DNA from: Actinomycetes bacterium
GTDB taxonomy: Bacteria; Actinomycetota; Thermoleophilia; UBA2241
NCBI GenBank assembly: GCA_029547745.1
Contig: JAKPOQ010000076.1
Location: 1,627 to 65,626, forward strand
DNA length: 64,000 bases
Direction: 5' to 3'
Shown: piece after piece, positions 35,605 through 47,450 of the stretch
Position numbering within the stretch: the first letter of the stretch is position 1
Layout of the letters: every line of letters begins with the position of its first letter
The notes under the pieces: generated by a model
What the model saw: the letters and a program-made list of their open reading frames with translations, nothing else
Told to the model about the DNA's origin: nothing
The model's database searches: none
Translations under genes and position numbers: made by a program

Positions 35605-37710
35605 ATGCGCGTCCGCGCAGAGAGCGACTCCGCCGCAGGCCTGCCGGCGCCGTCCTGGCGCGACTCGTTGCCGTGCGCGCTGACGCTCTGCGCGTTCGCG
35701 GCGTTCTCGTTCCTCTCCGGCGGCTACGTGCTGACGAGGGCGGCGCCGATCGCCATCGCCTGGCTCCTCGCTGCGGCGGTCCTGGTCTGGGCCGTTCCGG
35801 GATGGGTGCGTCCGTCCGCGCTGTTCCTCGCCGCCCTGGCCTTTCTTGCCGGGTACGCGGTCTGGGCCGGCGTGTCGATCCTGTGGTCGTTCGGGCCCGA
35901 CCTCTCGTGGAGGGCGTTCGACTACGCCGCGTTCTACGTCGCCGTGGCCGCGGTCCTCGGCGCCGCCCGCACCGGTCGCGGACAACTGCGCCTTGCCGGG
36001 TACGGCTTCCTCGTCGTGACGGTCGCGGTCGCCTGCTACGCGTTCGCGGGCAAGGTGTTGCCCGATGTGGTGACGCATGCCCACACGTATGCCCGCCTGG
36101 ACAGTCCTGTCGGCTACTGGAACGTGCTCGCCCTTCTCATGGTGATGGCGCTGCCGGTGGCGCTCTCTCTGGCGGCGCGACGCGGCGCGCCCCTTGCCGT
36201 CCGCGCCGCGGCCGCCGCCGCTGCCGTACCGGTGGCGTTCACGTTCGTGTTCTCGTTCTCGCGCGGCGGCATCATCGCCCTGGCGGTCGCCCTCGTCGCG
36301 TACTTCGCGCTCTGCGACCGGCGCCTGTCCTCGCTGGCCGCGCTGCTCGCGATCGTCGCGCCCGTCGCCCTCGCCATCTGGCGCGTCAGGGGGCTCGACA
36401 CGCTCTTTTCGGCGACCGTCGACGACGCCTTGCGGACTGCCCAGGGGCACGAGCTCCTGCGCTGGTCCCTGGTGGCACTAGGGGCGACGTTCGTCCTGGA
36501 ACTGGCGCTTGCGGCACTTGAGCGGGGCATCGCCTGGCCGCGCTGGGTCCGCGTCGCCACCGGGGTCGCGGTGCTCGTCGGGGTGCTCGTGGTGGGCGGT
36601 GGCGGGACGTTCGCCTACATCGACCGGCAGGGCGGCGCCGACTGGGTGCGCGAGCAGTACCGGACGTTCATGGCGGACTCTGACACGCGCAGGACGGGGG
36701 ACACGCCCGGCAGGCTCCTGTCGTTGAACAGCGGTCGTCCTCCCCTCTGGCGGCAGGCGCTGGAACAGTACGACGCCGGCCCGAAAGTGGGCACCGGGGC
36801 CGGCACGTATCGCTTCACGCACTATCGCTTCCGCCACGACGGCGGCGTGACGAAGCACGCGCACAGCCAGTGGTTGAACGCGCTCAGCGAACTCGGTCTT
36901 CCCGGTCTTGTCACGTTCGCCGGCGCCATGGTCCTCTTCGTCGTGGCCGCGTTGCGGGGCTCGATCCGCGGGCGCCGCGACCCCGAACGGGCGTTGCTCG
37001 CCGCCCTCCAGGCGGGACTCGTCGCCTTCATCGTGCACATGACGTGGGATTGGGACTGGGACATGGCGGCGGCGGGCGTCGCGCTGATGCTCTTCGCCGC
37101 CACGCCGGCGGCCTACGTCTCGAGCAGGGACGCCGCGCCCGCGGCGTGCGGCGACGACGTGGGCGACGACGACCTCCCGAGCACGGGCGCCGAGCAGGCC
37201 GACGTCCCCGTCGGCGCGGCCGGGGCCGTGGTCGGCCCCGGCCGCGCTGACGCGTCGGGCGCCCGTGGCATGTCGAAACTGCGAGCGCTCGCGCGGCGTG
37301 TCGCGGCTTCCGGGCTGCTGGTGCTGCTCGCTGCGAGCTGGACCCCGCCCTATCTGGCCGACCGCGCGCAGAACCGCGCCGTCGAGGAGGCGGCGACGGG
37401 TGACCTCGTCGCCGCCTCCGACGCGGCGCGCAGCGCGCATCGCTGGGACCCGCTCGCCGCCGAGCCGCTGATCACGCTCGCGCTCGTGCAGCAGCAGCGT
37501 GGCGATAACCGCGCGGCGCTCCGCACGCTGCGCGAGGCCGCGCGGCTGCAGCCGCAGAACTACGAGGTCCACTACCAGCTCGCGATGCTGTTGGAGCACG
37601 CGTTCGACCGTGACGGCGAGGCGGCATTGGAGTTCCGCCGGGCACTCCGACTGAACCCGCTGCACGACAGCTCGAGGTACGAGCTGGAGACGCTGGCGGG
37701 TGGAGGGTGA
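35605..37710 (+). CDS. O-antigen ligase-like (Wzy_C) polytopic membrane protein with a C-terminal TPR domain
   Basis: More than 10 TM segments. FSFSRGGIIALAVALV and HAHSQWLNALSELGLPG (Wzy_C-type loop). C-terminal TPR-like repeats (NRAALRTLREAARLQPQNYEVHYQLAMLLEH...EFRRALRLNP). ORF is open from 35476. Confidence 0.75.
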   Translation: MRVRAESDSAAGLPAPSWRDSLPCALTLCAFAAFSFLSGGYVLTRAAPIAIAWLLAAAVLVWAVPGWVRPSALFLAALAFLAGYAVWAGVSILWSFGPDLSWRAFDYAAFYVAVAAVLGAARTGRGQLRLAGYGFLVVTVAVACYAFAGKVLPDVVTHAHTYARLDSPVGYWNVLALLMVMALPVALSLAARRGAPLAVRAAAAAAAVPVAFTFVFSFSRGGIIALAVALVAYFALCDRRLSSLAALLAIVAPVALAIWRVRGLDTLFSATVDDALRTAQGHELLRWSLVALGATFVLELALAALERGIAWPRWVRVATGVAVLVGVLVVGGGGTFAYIDRQGGADWVREQYRTFMADSDTRRTGDTPGRLLSLNSGRPPLWRQALEQYDAGPKVGTGAGTYRFTHYRFRHDGGVTKHAHSQWLNALSELGLPGLVTFAGAMVLFVVAALRGSIRGRRDPERALLAALQAGLVAFIVHMTWDWDWDMAAAGVALMLFAATPAAYVSSRDAAPAACGDDVGDDDLPSTGAEQADVPVGAAGAVVGPGRADASGARGMSKLRALARRVAASGLLVLLAASWTPPYLADRAQNRAVEEAATGDLVAASDAARSAHRWDPLAAEPLITLALVQQQRGDNRAALRTLREAARLQPQNYEVHYQLAMLLEHAFDRDGEAALEFRRALRLNPLHDSSRYELETLAGGG

Positions 37711-37879
37711 AGTCGTTCAGCGGACCGTGACCGACCTCCTCGGGCTGGTCACGACGCCCAGCCAGCGGACACGCAGGCGCCGGGTGTGGCTCAGGGGCAG
37801 AGGTCCGATCGGTCTGTAGCGCCCCGTGTCCGCTCGCCCCGACGAGGCCGGCCCTGGCGTTCGGAGCGCGCCTGGCCGA

Positions 37880-37888
37880 TGGTAGACT
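37880..37888 (+). promoter_or_regulatory. candidate extended -10 (TGGTAGACT) upstream of ugd
   Basis: Matches TGnTAnnnT, about 60 nt upstream of the ATG at 37951. Confidence 0.25.
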
Positions 37889-37950
37889 AGCCGCCCGAGT
37901 CGTGTCCGAGCCGTCGGGCGCGCGCAGGAGGACGGAGGAGTGCAACGGGC

Positions 37951-39267
37951 ATGGATGGCGTCGCGCCGATCGGTGTCGTCGGCACAGGATATGTGGGTCT
38001 CGTCACGGCGGTCTGTTTCGCTCATCTCGGGCATCGCGTGGTGTGTATGGACGTCGACGAGGCGAAGATCGCGGGGCTGCGCTCCGGCCGCCTGCCGATC
38101 TATGAGCCGGGCCTCGACAAGCTGATCGACGACACGACGGAGCGGCTCTCATTCACGACGTCGTACGACGAGCTGCTCGAAGGCTGTCACATCCTGTTCA
38201 TCGCCGTCGACACGCCGCCTTCCGCTTCTGGCGACGCCGACCTCTCGCGTGTCCAACGGGCGACGCGCGAGATCGCCCGCCGCGGGGGCGAGCGCCTTAT
38301 GGTGATGAAGAGCACCGTGCCGGTCGGCACGGGTGAGAGGGTGACGGCAGACTTCACCGGGCTCGGCGTGTCGCAGATCGCCTACGTCTCGAACCCCGAG
38401 TTCCTGCGGGAAGGGGCGGCGATCCAGGACTTCCTCGAGCCCGACCGCATCGTCATAGGCTCGTTTCGCCCCGAGGACGGCGACGTGGTCGAGGCGCTGT
38501 ACCGGGGCATCGACGCCGAAGTGGTGCGCACCTCGGTGGCCACCGCCGAGATGATCAAGTACGCCTCGAACGCCTTCCTGGCGACGAAGATCTCGTTCAT
38601 CAACGAGATCGCCAACGTGTGCGAACAGGTCGGGGCCGACGTGCGCGAGGTCGCGCGCGGCATGGGTCTCGACCATCGCATCGGGCCGCACTTTCTGCAA
38701 GCCGGGATCGGCTACGGCGGCTCGTGCTTCCCCAAGGACGTGCAGGCGCTCAAGCAGCTCGCTGGCAACAGCGGCTACCACTTCCAGTTGCTCACCGCGG
38801 TGCTGGAGGTCAACGCCCTGCAGAAGCGGCGCGTCGTCACCAAGCTCAAGCAGCGCCTGGGCCGCCTGCACGGCAAGAAGGTCGCGCTGCTCGGTCTGAC
38901 GTTCAAACCGAACACCGACGACCTCCGCGAGGCGGCGTCCATCGTCCTCGCCGCGCGGCTTCAGGGGGAGGGTGCGAGAGTGAGCGCCCACGATCCCATG
39001 ATCCCCGCCGGCGAGCACCCGTCGTTCCCCGGCGTGGCCATCGTCGACGACCCCCTCGAGGCCTTGTCCGACGCCGACGCCGCCGTGCTCGTCACAGAAT
39101 GGCCGGAGTACGGCCGGCTCGACTGGGGCGCGGCCGCCGCCGTCATGCGGCGCCCGCTGCTCATTGACGGGCGCAACTTCCTCGACCCGGACGTCGTCGC
39201 CGCATCCGGCCTCGAGTACGACGGGATCGGGCTCGGCGACGCCGAGCCTCCAGCCTGGCCGGCCTGA
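37951..39267 (+). CDS. ugd: UDP-glucose 6-dehydrogenase
   Basis: IGVVGTGYVGLVTAVCFAHLGHRVVCMDVDEAKI...GIGYGGSCFPKDVQAL. Confidence 0.92.
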   Translation: MDGVAPIGVVGTGYVGLVTAVCFAHLGHRVVCMDVDEAKIAGLRSGRLPIYEPGLDKLIDDTTERLSFTTSYDELLEGCHILFIAVDTPPSASGDADLSRVQRATREIARRGGERLMVMKSTVPVGTGERVTADFTGLGVSQIAYVSNPEFLREGAAIQDFLEPDRIVIGSFRPEDGDVVEALYRGIDAEVVRTSVATAEMIKYASNAFLATKISFINEIANVCEQVGADVREVARGMGLDHRIGPHFLQAGIGYGGSCFPKDVQALKQLAGNSGYHFQLLTAVLEVNALQKRRVVTKLKQRLGRLHGKKVALLGLTFKPNTDDLREAASIVLAARLQGEGARVSAHDPMIPAGEHPSFPGVAIVDDPLEALSDADAAVLVTEWPEYGRLDWGAAAAVMRRPLLIDGRNFLDPDVVAASGLEYDGIGLGDAEPPAWPA

Positions 39268-39278
39268 TCGAGGCAGCG

Positions 39279-40433
39279 ATGTCGCGTCCTGCCACGCCGT
39301 CGCAGGCCGTCATCCTCGTCGGAGGCGAGGGTACGCGCCTGCGTCCCGTCACGTCGCGCGTGCCGAAGCCGGTCGCGCCGGTCGTGGAGCGGCCTTTCGT
39401 CGCCTACATCCTCGACGACCTCGCGCGCCACGGCGTCGCCCGGGCGGTGTTCTCGAGCGGGTATCTCGCCGCCGCCATCGAGGCCGAGATCGGCGACGGC
39501 GCGGCGTACGGCGTGGCCGTGGACTACGTCGTGGAAGACGAGCCCCTGGGCACGGCGGGGGCGATCGCGAACTGCGCCCCGAAGCTCGACGACGGGCCGT
39601 TCTTCGTCTTCAACGGCGACGTCCTCAGCGACGTCGACCTTGGCGCCTTCGCCGCCGTCCACGGCGAGAAGGGCGGCATGGCGACGATCTTCCTCACCGC
39701 GGTGGCCGACCCCCGTCGCTACGGGCTCGTCCAGCTCCGCGACGACGGCTCCGTGGCGGACTTCCTCGAGAAGCCCGGCGAATGGGAGGGCACGGCGCTC
39801 GTCAACGCCGGCGTCTACGTGCTCGAGCCGGAGATCCTCGATCTGATCCCCCGGGGCAGGCTGTTCTCGATCGAGCGCGGCGTGTTCCCCAAGCTGGCGC
39901 GCGCCGGGTCCCTCTACGGCTACGTCGACCATGGCTACTGGCGCGACATCGGCACGCCCGAAAGCTACCTGCAGGCCCACTTCGACATCCTCGAGCGCGT
40001 TGTGCGTACCGCGGTCGGTGACGACATGGGTGACTCGTACGTGTATGTCTCGCCGTCGGCGACGCTCGGCACGGCGGCACGGATCGTGCCGCCCTGCTAC
40101 GTCGCCGACGGCGCGGCCATCGCCTCCGGCGCGCGCGTCGGTCCGCTCGCGGTCGTGGGCGCCGGCGCCGTCGTCGGCGAGGGCGCGAGCGTGGTGGAAT
40201 CGGTCCTGCAGGCGGCCGTGCGGGTCGAGCCTCACGCCGACGTCTCGCGGAGCATCCTGGTCCGCGAGAGCCGCGTCGGCGCCGGCGCCCAGATCCACGC
40301 CGCCGTCCTTGGCGAGGCCTGCGACGTGGGCGCCGGCAACCAGCTCGCGGCCGGCATCTGGCTGGCTCCGGGCACCGTGCTCGCCGACGGCTGCGTCGGC
40401 TTTCGCGAGCAGTTCGACGCTCGGGAGTCGTGA
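39279..40433 (+). CDS. NDP-sugar pyrophosphorylase (mannose-1-phosphate guanylyltransferase-like) with a C-terminal left-handed beta-helix
   Basis: AVILVGGEGTRLRPVTSRVPKPVAPV...GTAGAI...GYWRDIGTPESYLQAH. Hexapeptide-repeat C-terminus. Confidence 0.85.
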   Translation: MSRPATPSQAVILVGGEGTRLRPVTSRVPKPVAPVVERPFVAYILDDLARHGVARAVFSSGYLAAAIEAEIGDGAAYGVAVDYVVEDEPLGTAGAIANCAPKLDDGPFFVFNGDVLSDVDLGAFAAVHGEKGGMATIFLTAVADPRRYGLVQLRDDGSVADFLEKPGEWEGTALVNAGVYVLEPEILDLIPRGRLFSIERGVFPKLARAGSLYGYVDHGYWRDIGTPESYLQAHFDILERVVRTAVGDDMGDSYVYVSPSATLGTAARIVPPCYVADGAAIASGARVGPLAVVGAGAVVGEGASVVESVLQAAVRVEPHADVSRSILVRESRVGAGAQIHAAVLGEACDVGAGNQLAAGIWLAPGTVLADGCVGFREQFDARES

Positions 40434-40488
40434 AGGCGCGGCGCTCGCCCGGCGAGCCGCGCCTGTCGACGACCGGCGAGGAGGGGAG

Positions 40489-41838
40489 ATGACGATACCC
40501 GAGTCCATCTTCAAGGCGTACGACGTGCGCGGGGTCTACCCGTCGGAGATCGACGAAGCGGCGGCCGAACGCATCGGGCTCGCGCTGGCACAGCAGTTGG
40601 GGGCGCGTTCGCTCGGCGCGGGCATGGACCCGCGTCCGTCGTCGCCCGGCCTGCTGGACGCGTTCTGCGCCGGCGCCGCCGCCGGGGGAGCGTCCGTGCG
40701 CGACTTCGGGCTGGTGCCGACCGAGATGCTGTACTTCGGTGTGGCCGACCGCGGTCTCGACGGCGGAGCCATGGTCACGGCCTCGCACAATCCTTCGCGC
40801 TACAACGGCCTGAAGCTCGTGGGCGAGGGCGCGCTGCCGCTCTCGGGCGACGAGGGCATGCCCGAGCTCATGCGGCGCGTCCTCGCCCTGGACGGGCTGC
40901 CGCCGGCGCCGGCCGGCGCCGGGCGTACGCGCGAGGACCTCTACCCGTCGTACGTCGGGCACCTGCGCCGGTTCGCCGACGTGGCGGCGTTCCGACCGCT
41001 CAAGGTGGTGATGGACGCCGCCAACGGCGTCGCCGGCAAGCTCGCCCCGCTCGTCTTCGCCGACACGGCGCTCAGGACCGTCCCCATGTACTTCGAGGTC
41101 GACGGCACCTTCCCGAACCATCACCCGGACCCGCTGCTCGAGGAGAACCGGCGGGAGATCAGCGCCCGCGTGCTCGCCGAAAAGGCCGACCTTGGCATCG
41201 CCTGGGACGGCGACGCCGACCGCTGTTTCTTCATCGACGAGACGGGCGCGTTCGTGCCCGGTGACTTCGTCACCGCTCTGTTGGCCCAGGCACTGCTCGC
41301 GACGCATCCCGGCGCCGCGATCCTCTACGACGTGCGTGCCAGCCGCGCCGTACCGGACACGATCCGCGCTCACGGCGGCGTCCCGCTCGTGAACCGCGTC
41401 GGCCACGCGTTCTTCAAGCAGCGCATGCGCCGCGAGCCGGTGCTGTTCGGCGGCGAGGTCTCGGGGCACTACTACTTCCGCGACAACTACAACGCCGACT
41501 CGGGTTTCATCCCGGCCCTGCTCATCCTTGACCTGCTCAGCCGCACGGGGAAGACGCTGGCCGAGCTTCTGGAGCCGCTGCGCCGGCGGTACTTCATCTC
41601 CGGCGAGATCAACTCCCAGGTCGACGACGTCGACGCCGTGCTCGCGCGTCTCGAGGAGAGGTTCGCCGACGGCACAGTCACGAAGCTGGACGGCATCTCC
41701 GTCGACTACGAGCACTGGCACTTCAACGTGCGCCCGTCGAACACGGAGCCGCTCGTGCGTCTCAACCTCGGCGCCGACAGCCGCGAGATCATGGAAGAGA
41801 AGAGGGACCTGGTGCTCAGCATCATTCGCGGCGCCTGA
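40489..41838 (+). CDS. manB: phosphomannomutase/phosphoglucomutase
   Basis: MTIPESIFKAYDVRGVYPSEIDE...VTASHNPSRYNGLK...AWDGDADRCFFIDE...GGEVSGHYYF. The ORF-track entry 39931 is the same frame extended upstream. Confidence 0.92.
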   Translation: MTIPESIFKAYDVRGVYPSEIDEAAAERIGLALAQQLGARSLGAGMDPRPSSPGLLDAFCAGAAAGGASVRDFGLVPTEMLYFGVADRGLDGGAMVTASHNPSRYNGLKLVGEGALPLSGDEGMPELMRRVLALDGLPPAPAGAGRTREDLYPSYVGHLRRFADVAAFRPLKVVMDAANGVAGKLAPLVFADTALRTVPMYFEVDGTFPNHHPDPLLEENRREISARVLAEKADLGIAWDGDADRCFFIDETGAFVPGDFVTALLAQALLATHPGAAILYDVRASRAVPDTIRAHGGVPLVNRVGHAFFKQRMRREPVLFGGEVSGHYYFRDNYNADSGFIPALLILDLLSRTGKTLAELLEPLRRRYFISGEINSQVDDVDAVLARLEERFADGTVTKLDGISVDYEHWHFNVRPSNTEPLVRLNLGADSREIMEEKRDLVLSIIRGA

Positions 41839-41876
41839 GGGGCTCCGGGGGACGGGCGGAGGCGCGCGAGCGGTCC

Positions 41877-43016
41877 ATGCAGGACAGGGGAGCGGAGAAC
41901 GTGGGGGCAGCGGTGGACGATCTCGGGCCGGCGCGGGTCGCCGAGCTCGACGCGAGCGACATGCTCGGCGCGATCGCCGGCCTCGCCGGGCAGGTCCGTG
42001 ACGGCTACGCCGAGGCTCGGCGGCAGCTCGACCTGGTGGCGTTCGAAGACGGCGCGGCGACGGCCGCGCCGGCTCCGCCGGCGCGGCCGTCCGGCGTCGC
42101 CGTCCTCGGCATGGGCGGCTCAGCCATCGGCGCTGACCTCGTCTTCGCCACCTTCGCGGACCTGGCGGTCCCCGCCGTCGTCGTCCGCGACGAGAGGCTC
42201 CCGGGTTGGGTTGACGAGCGGACCCTGGTCGTCGCCGTGAGCTATTCGGGAGACACGGCCGAGACGCTCGCCGCCACGGCGGCGGCGACGGCGCGCGGCT
42301 GCCGCCCGGTCTGTGTCACCGCGGGCGGTCAGCTCGCGGCGTTCGCCGGCGCATGCGGCCTGCCCCTCCTGACGATACCGACCGGGCGGCAGCCGCGCGC
42401 CGCCCTCGGCCTTCTGGCCATGGCGGTGCTCGCGGCGCTCGAGCGCGCCGGGCTGGTGCCGACTTGCGGCGAAGCAGTCGCCGAGGCCGCCGCCCTGCTG
42501 GACGTCGCGGCGGCGCAGTACGCGCCGGATGTCGGTGAGCAGTCCAACCCGGCGAAGGCCCTTGCACGGCGGTTGCAGGGGCGCGTGCCGCTGGTCTGCG
42601 GGCAGGGCCTCACGGCGCCGGTGGCGCGCCGCTGGAAGACGCAGCTCAACGAGAACGCCAAGGTTGCGGCCTTCTTCGCCACACTCCCTGAGCTCGACCA
42701 CAATGAGGTCGAGGCATGGGGAGCCGGCGGCCCGCTGGACGCGTCGGGCTGCGTCGTCATGCTCGAGGATCAGGGCGCCGGTGACCGTCCGCGTCGCCGG
42801 TCCACGGTGACGGCCGAGACCTTCGCCGCCGCCGGGGTCCCGGTCGAACGTCTTGAGACACAGGGTGTGAGCCCGCTGGCGCGCGTGTTCTCGCTGGTCG
42901 CGCTGGGCGATCACGTGTCGTTGTACCTCGCCCTCCTGCGCGGCGTGGACCCGACGCCGGTCGAGGCCATCCAGCGTCTCAAGCGGCGCCTCGGCGACGG
43001 TACGGGAGGGCCGTGA
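41877..43016 (+). CDS. bifunctional phosphoglucose/phosphomannose isomerase (SIS-domain PGI/PMI family)
   Basis: VAVLGMGGSAIGADL...VSYSGDTAETL...RWKTQLNENAK...LPELDHNEVEAW. Confidence 0.8.
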   Translation: MQDRGAENVGAAVDDLGPARVAELDASDMLGAIAGLAGQVRDGYAEARRQLDLVAFEDGAATAAPAPPARPSGVAVLGMGGSAIGADLVFATFADLAVPAVVVRDERLPGWVDERTLVVAVSYSGDTAETLAATAAATARGCRPVCVTAGGQLAAFAGACGLPLLTIPTGRQPRAALGLLAMAVLAALERAGLVPTCGEAVAEAAALLDVAAAQYAPDVGEQSNPAKALARRLQGRVPLVCGQGLTAPVARRWKTQLNENAKVAAFFATLPELDHNEVEAWGAGGPLDASGCVVMLEDQGAGDRPRRRSTVTAETFAAAGVPVERLETQGVSPLARVFSLVALGDHVSLYLALLRGVDPTPVEAIQRLKRRLGDGTGGP

Positions 43017-43020
43017 CGTC

Positions 43021-45095
<2,075 letters not shown>

Positions 45096-45123
45096 GGGCG
45101 GCGCCGGGTACAGGGGTGACCGC

Positions 45124-46227
45124 GTGACCGACGTCGGCGTCAGTGCGGACCTGTCGAAGCTGCGCGTGCGGACTGTCGAGATCCGTGACGACGAGGTCGT
45201 CCTCATCGACCAGCGCGTCCTCCCGCATGAGGAGCGGTACGTCCATTGCCGCACGTGGCGCGAGGTCGCCGAGGCCATCCGCGACATGACGGTGCGCGGT
45301 GCGCCGGCGATCGGCGTGGCGGCGGCCGGCGGGCTCGCGCTCGCGGCGGGCGAAGCCGCCGCGAGCGCCGACGACCCGGCCGCCTTCCGCGCCGCCCTCG
45401 ACGAAGCGGCCGCCGGGCTCACGGCGACGCGGCCGACGGCGGTCAACCTGGCCTGGGCGGTCGCCGAGATGCGCGCCGTCTGGGAGCGCGAGCTCGCCGC
45501 CGGCGCGGAGCGGGCGAGGCCCGCGGCCGTGGCGGCCGCGCTGCTCGCCCGCGCTCGCGCCATCCTCGCCGACGACGTGGCGCGCTGCCTCGCCATCGGC
45601 GCGCACGGGGCCTCGCTGCTCGGGCCGGGCGACGCCGTGCTCACGCACTGCAACGCGGGGGCGCTCGCCACCGCTGGGTATGGCACCGCGCTCGGCGTCA
45701 TCCGCTCCGCCTACGCCAGGTACGGCGACCTTCTGGTGTGGGTCGACGAGACGCGTCCCTGGCTGCAAGGCGCACGGCTGACTGCGTGGGAGCTCGAGGT
45801 CGAGGGCATCCCGTACCGGTTGATCAGCGACGGGATGGCGGGCTACTTCATGAGCCGCGGCGAGGTCGACGCCGTCGTCGTCGGCGCCGACCGCATCGCG
45901 GCGAACGGCGACACGGCCAACAAGATCGGCACCTACACGGTGTCGGTCCTCGCCAGGGAGCACGGCGTCCCCTTCTACGTCGCCGCGCCGCTCTCGACGG
46001 TCGACCTCAGCGTGGCGAGCGGCGCCGCCATCCCCATCGAGGAGCGCCCCGAAGACGAGGTGACCACGTTCCGGGGCGTACCCGTGGCGCCGGCCGGCGC
46101 CCGCGCCCGGCACCCGGCCTTCGACGTCACCCCGGCGGCGAACATCACGGCGATCGTCACCGAAGCGGGCGTGCTGCGTCCGCCGTTCGGGCCGGCGCTC
46201 GCCGCCGCCTGCGGCGGAGCGACGTGA
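45124..46227 (+). CDS. mtnA: S-methyl-5-thioribose-1-phosphate isomerase (eIF-2B alpha/beta/delta family)
   Basis: VVLIDQRVLPHEERYVHCRTWREVAEAIRDMTVRGAPAIGVAAA...THCNAGALAT...VGADRIAANGDTANKIGTY. Confidence 0.88.
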   Translation: MTDVGVSADLSKLRVRTVEIRDDEVVLIDQRVLPHEERYVHCRTWREVAEAIRDMTVRGAPAIGVAAAGGLALAAGEAAASADDPAAFRAALDEAAAGLTATRPTAVNLAWAVAEMRAVWERELAAGAERARPAAVAAALLARARAILADDVARCLAIGAHGASLLGPGDAVLTHCNAGALATAGYGTALGVIRSAYARYGDLLVWVDETRPWLQGARLTAWELEVEGIPYRLISDGMAGYFMSRGEVDAVVVGADRIAANGDTANKIGTYTVSVLAREHGVPFYVAAPLSTVDLSVASGAAIPIEERPEDEVTTFRGVPVAPAGARARHPAFDVTPAANITAIVTEAGVLRPPFGPALAAACGGAT

Positions 46228-46229
46228 CG

Positions 46230-47438
46230 ATGAGCGCCGGCGGCGTGCGCTTTGGGTCCGGCGCCTCGGCGCCGGTCAAGGCCATGGTCATGGCCGCCGG
46301 CCTTGGCACGCGCCTCTATCCGCTCACCGGGCGCACGGCCAAGCCCATGGTGCCGATCCTCAATCGACCGGTGATGGAGCACATGCTGCGCCTGCTCCGC
46401 CGCCACGGCGTGCGCGAGGTCGCGGCCAACCTCCACTACCATCCCGACAAGATCCGCTCGTACTTCGGCGACGGCTCCGCCTTCGGCGTGGAGCTGCGCT
46501 ACAACCTCGAGAAGGAGCTGCTGGGCACCGCCGGGGGCGTCGCCGCCTTCCGCGAGTTCCTCGGCGACAGCACGTTCGTGGTCGTCAGCGGCGACGGGTT
46601 GACCGACATCGACCTGACGGCGTTCGTCGCCGCCCACCGCCGCAACGGCGGCGTGTGCACCATGGCCGTCAAGCGGGTCGCGGACCCATCGCTCTACGGC
46701 GTCGTGGTGCACGACGAGGGACGTGTCGTCGGCTTCCAGGAGAAGGTCCCGGCAGAAGAAGCGCGCTCTGACCTCTGCAACTGCGGCATCTACGCCTTCG
46801 AACCGGAGATCTTCGACTTCGTCCCGCAGGGTGGGCCGGTCGACTGGGCGCGAGACGTGTTCCCGGCCTTGCTCGCCGCCGGGGCGCCGTTCCATGTGTG
46901 GCCGCTCGAGACCTACTGGAACGACGTCGGCAACATCGAGCAGTATCGCGTCAGCAACTTCGACGCCCTGCTCGGGCGCGTCGCCCTGCAGATCCCGGGG
47001 CGAGAGGTCGCCTCCGGCGTGTGGGTGGGGGAGGGGACGCAGATCGAGCCCGGGGCCCGCCTCAAGGGGCCGCTCCTGCTCGGCGCCGGGTGTCTCGTCG
47101 AGGCCGAAGCCGAGCTCATCGGCCCGCTCATCATCGGGGACGGCTGCGTCATCGAGCGCGGCGCCGTGCTCGAGGGCGTCATCCAGTGGGACGGCGTCAA
47201 GAACGGGCGCGGTTCGCGTCTTGCCGGGAGCATCCTCGGGCGTCACGTGACGGTGCATCACGAGGCCGTCGTGCACGAGGACGCCGTCATCGGCGACCGC
47301 GCCGACATCGCCGCGCACGCTCTGGTCCCGCCCGGGGCGCGCTGCGAGCCCCGTTCGCGCGTTGGCGTCGATGGTCCCCGCGGTGTCGATGGTCGCCGCG
47401 GCGTCGACGATCCCCGCGGCGTCGTCGGCGACGACTGA
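46230..47438 (+). CDS. NDP-sugar pyrophosphorylase (nucleotidyltransferase plus hexapeptide beta-helix), second copy
   Basis: AMVMAAGLGTRLYPLTGRTAKPMVPILNRPVMEHML...GTAGGV...YWNDVGNIEQY. The ORF-track entry 45246 is the same frame extended upstream. Confidence 0.85.
   Translation: MSAGGVRFGSGASAPVKAMVMAAGLGTRLYPLTGRTAKPMVPILNRPVMEHMLRLLRRHGVREVAANLHYHPDKIRSYFGDGSAFGVELRYNLEKELLGTAGGVAAFREFLGDSTFVVVSGDGLTDIDLTAFVAAHRRNGGVCTMAVKRVADPSLYGVVVHDEGRVVGFQEKVPAEEARSDLCNCGIYAFEPEIFDFVPQGGPVDWARDVFPALLAAGAPFHVWPLETYWNDVGNIEQYRVSNFDALLGRVALQIPGREVASGVWVGEGTQIEPGARLKGPLLLGAGCLVEAEAELIGPLIIGDGCVIERGAVLEGVIQWDGVKNGRGSRLAGSILGRHVTVHHEAVVHEDAVIGDRADIAAHALVPPGARCEPRSRVGVDGPRGVDGRRGVDDPRGVVGDD
47364..47435. 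repeat. 4 x 18-bp in-frame tandem repeat at the 3' end of the nucleotidyltransferase gene
   Basis: ggcgtcgatggtccccgc / ggtgtcgatggtcgccgc / ggcgtcgacgatccccgc / ggcgtcgtcggcgacgac, encoding GVDGPR GVDGRR GVDDPR GVVGDD and then the stop. Confidence 0.85.
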
Positions 47439-47450
47439 ACGCCTGCCGAC

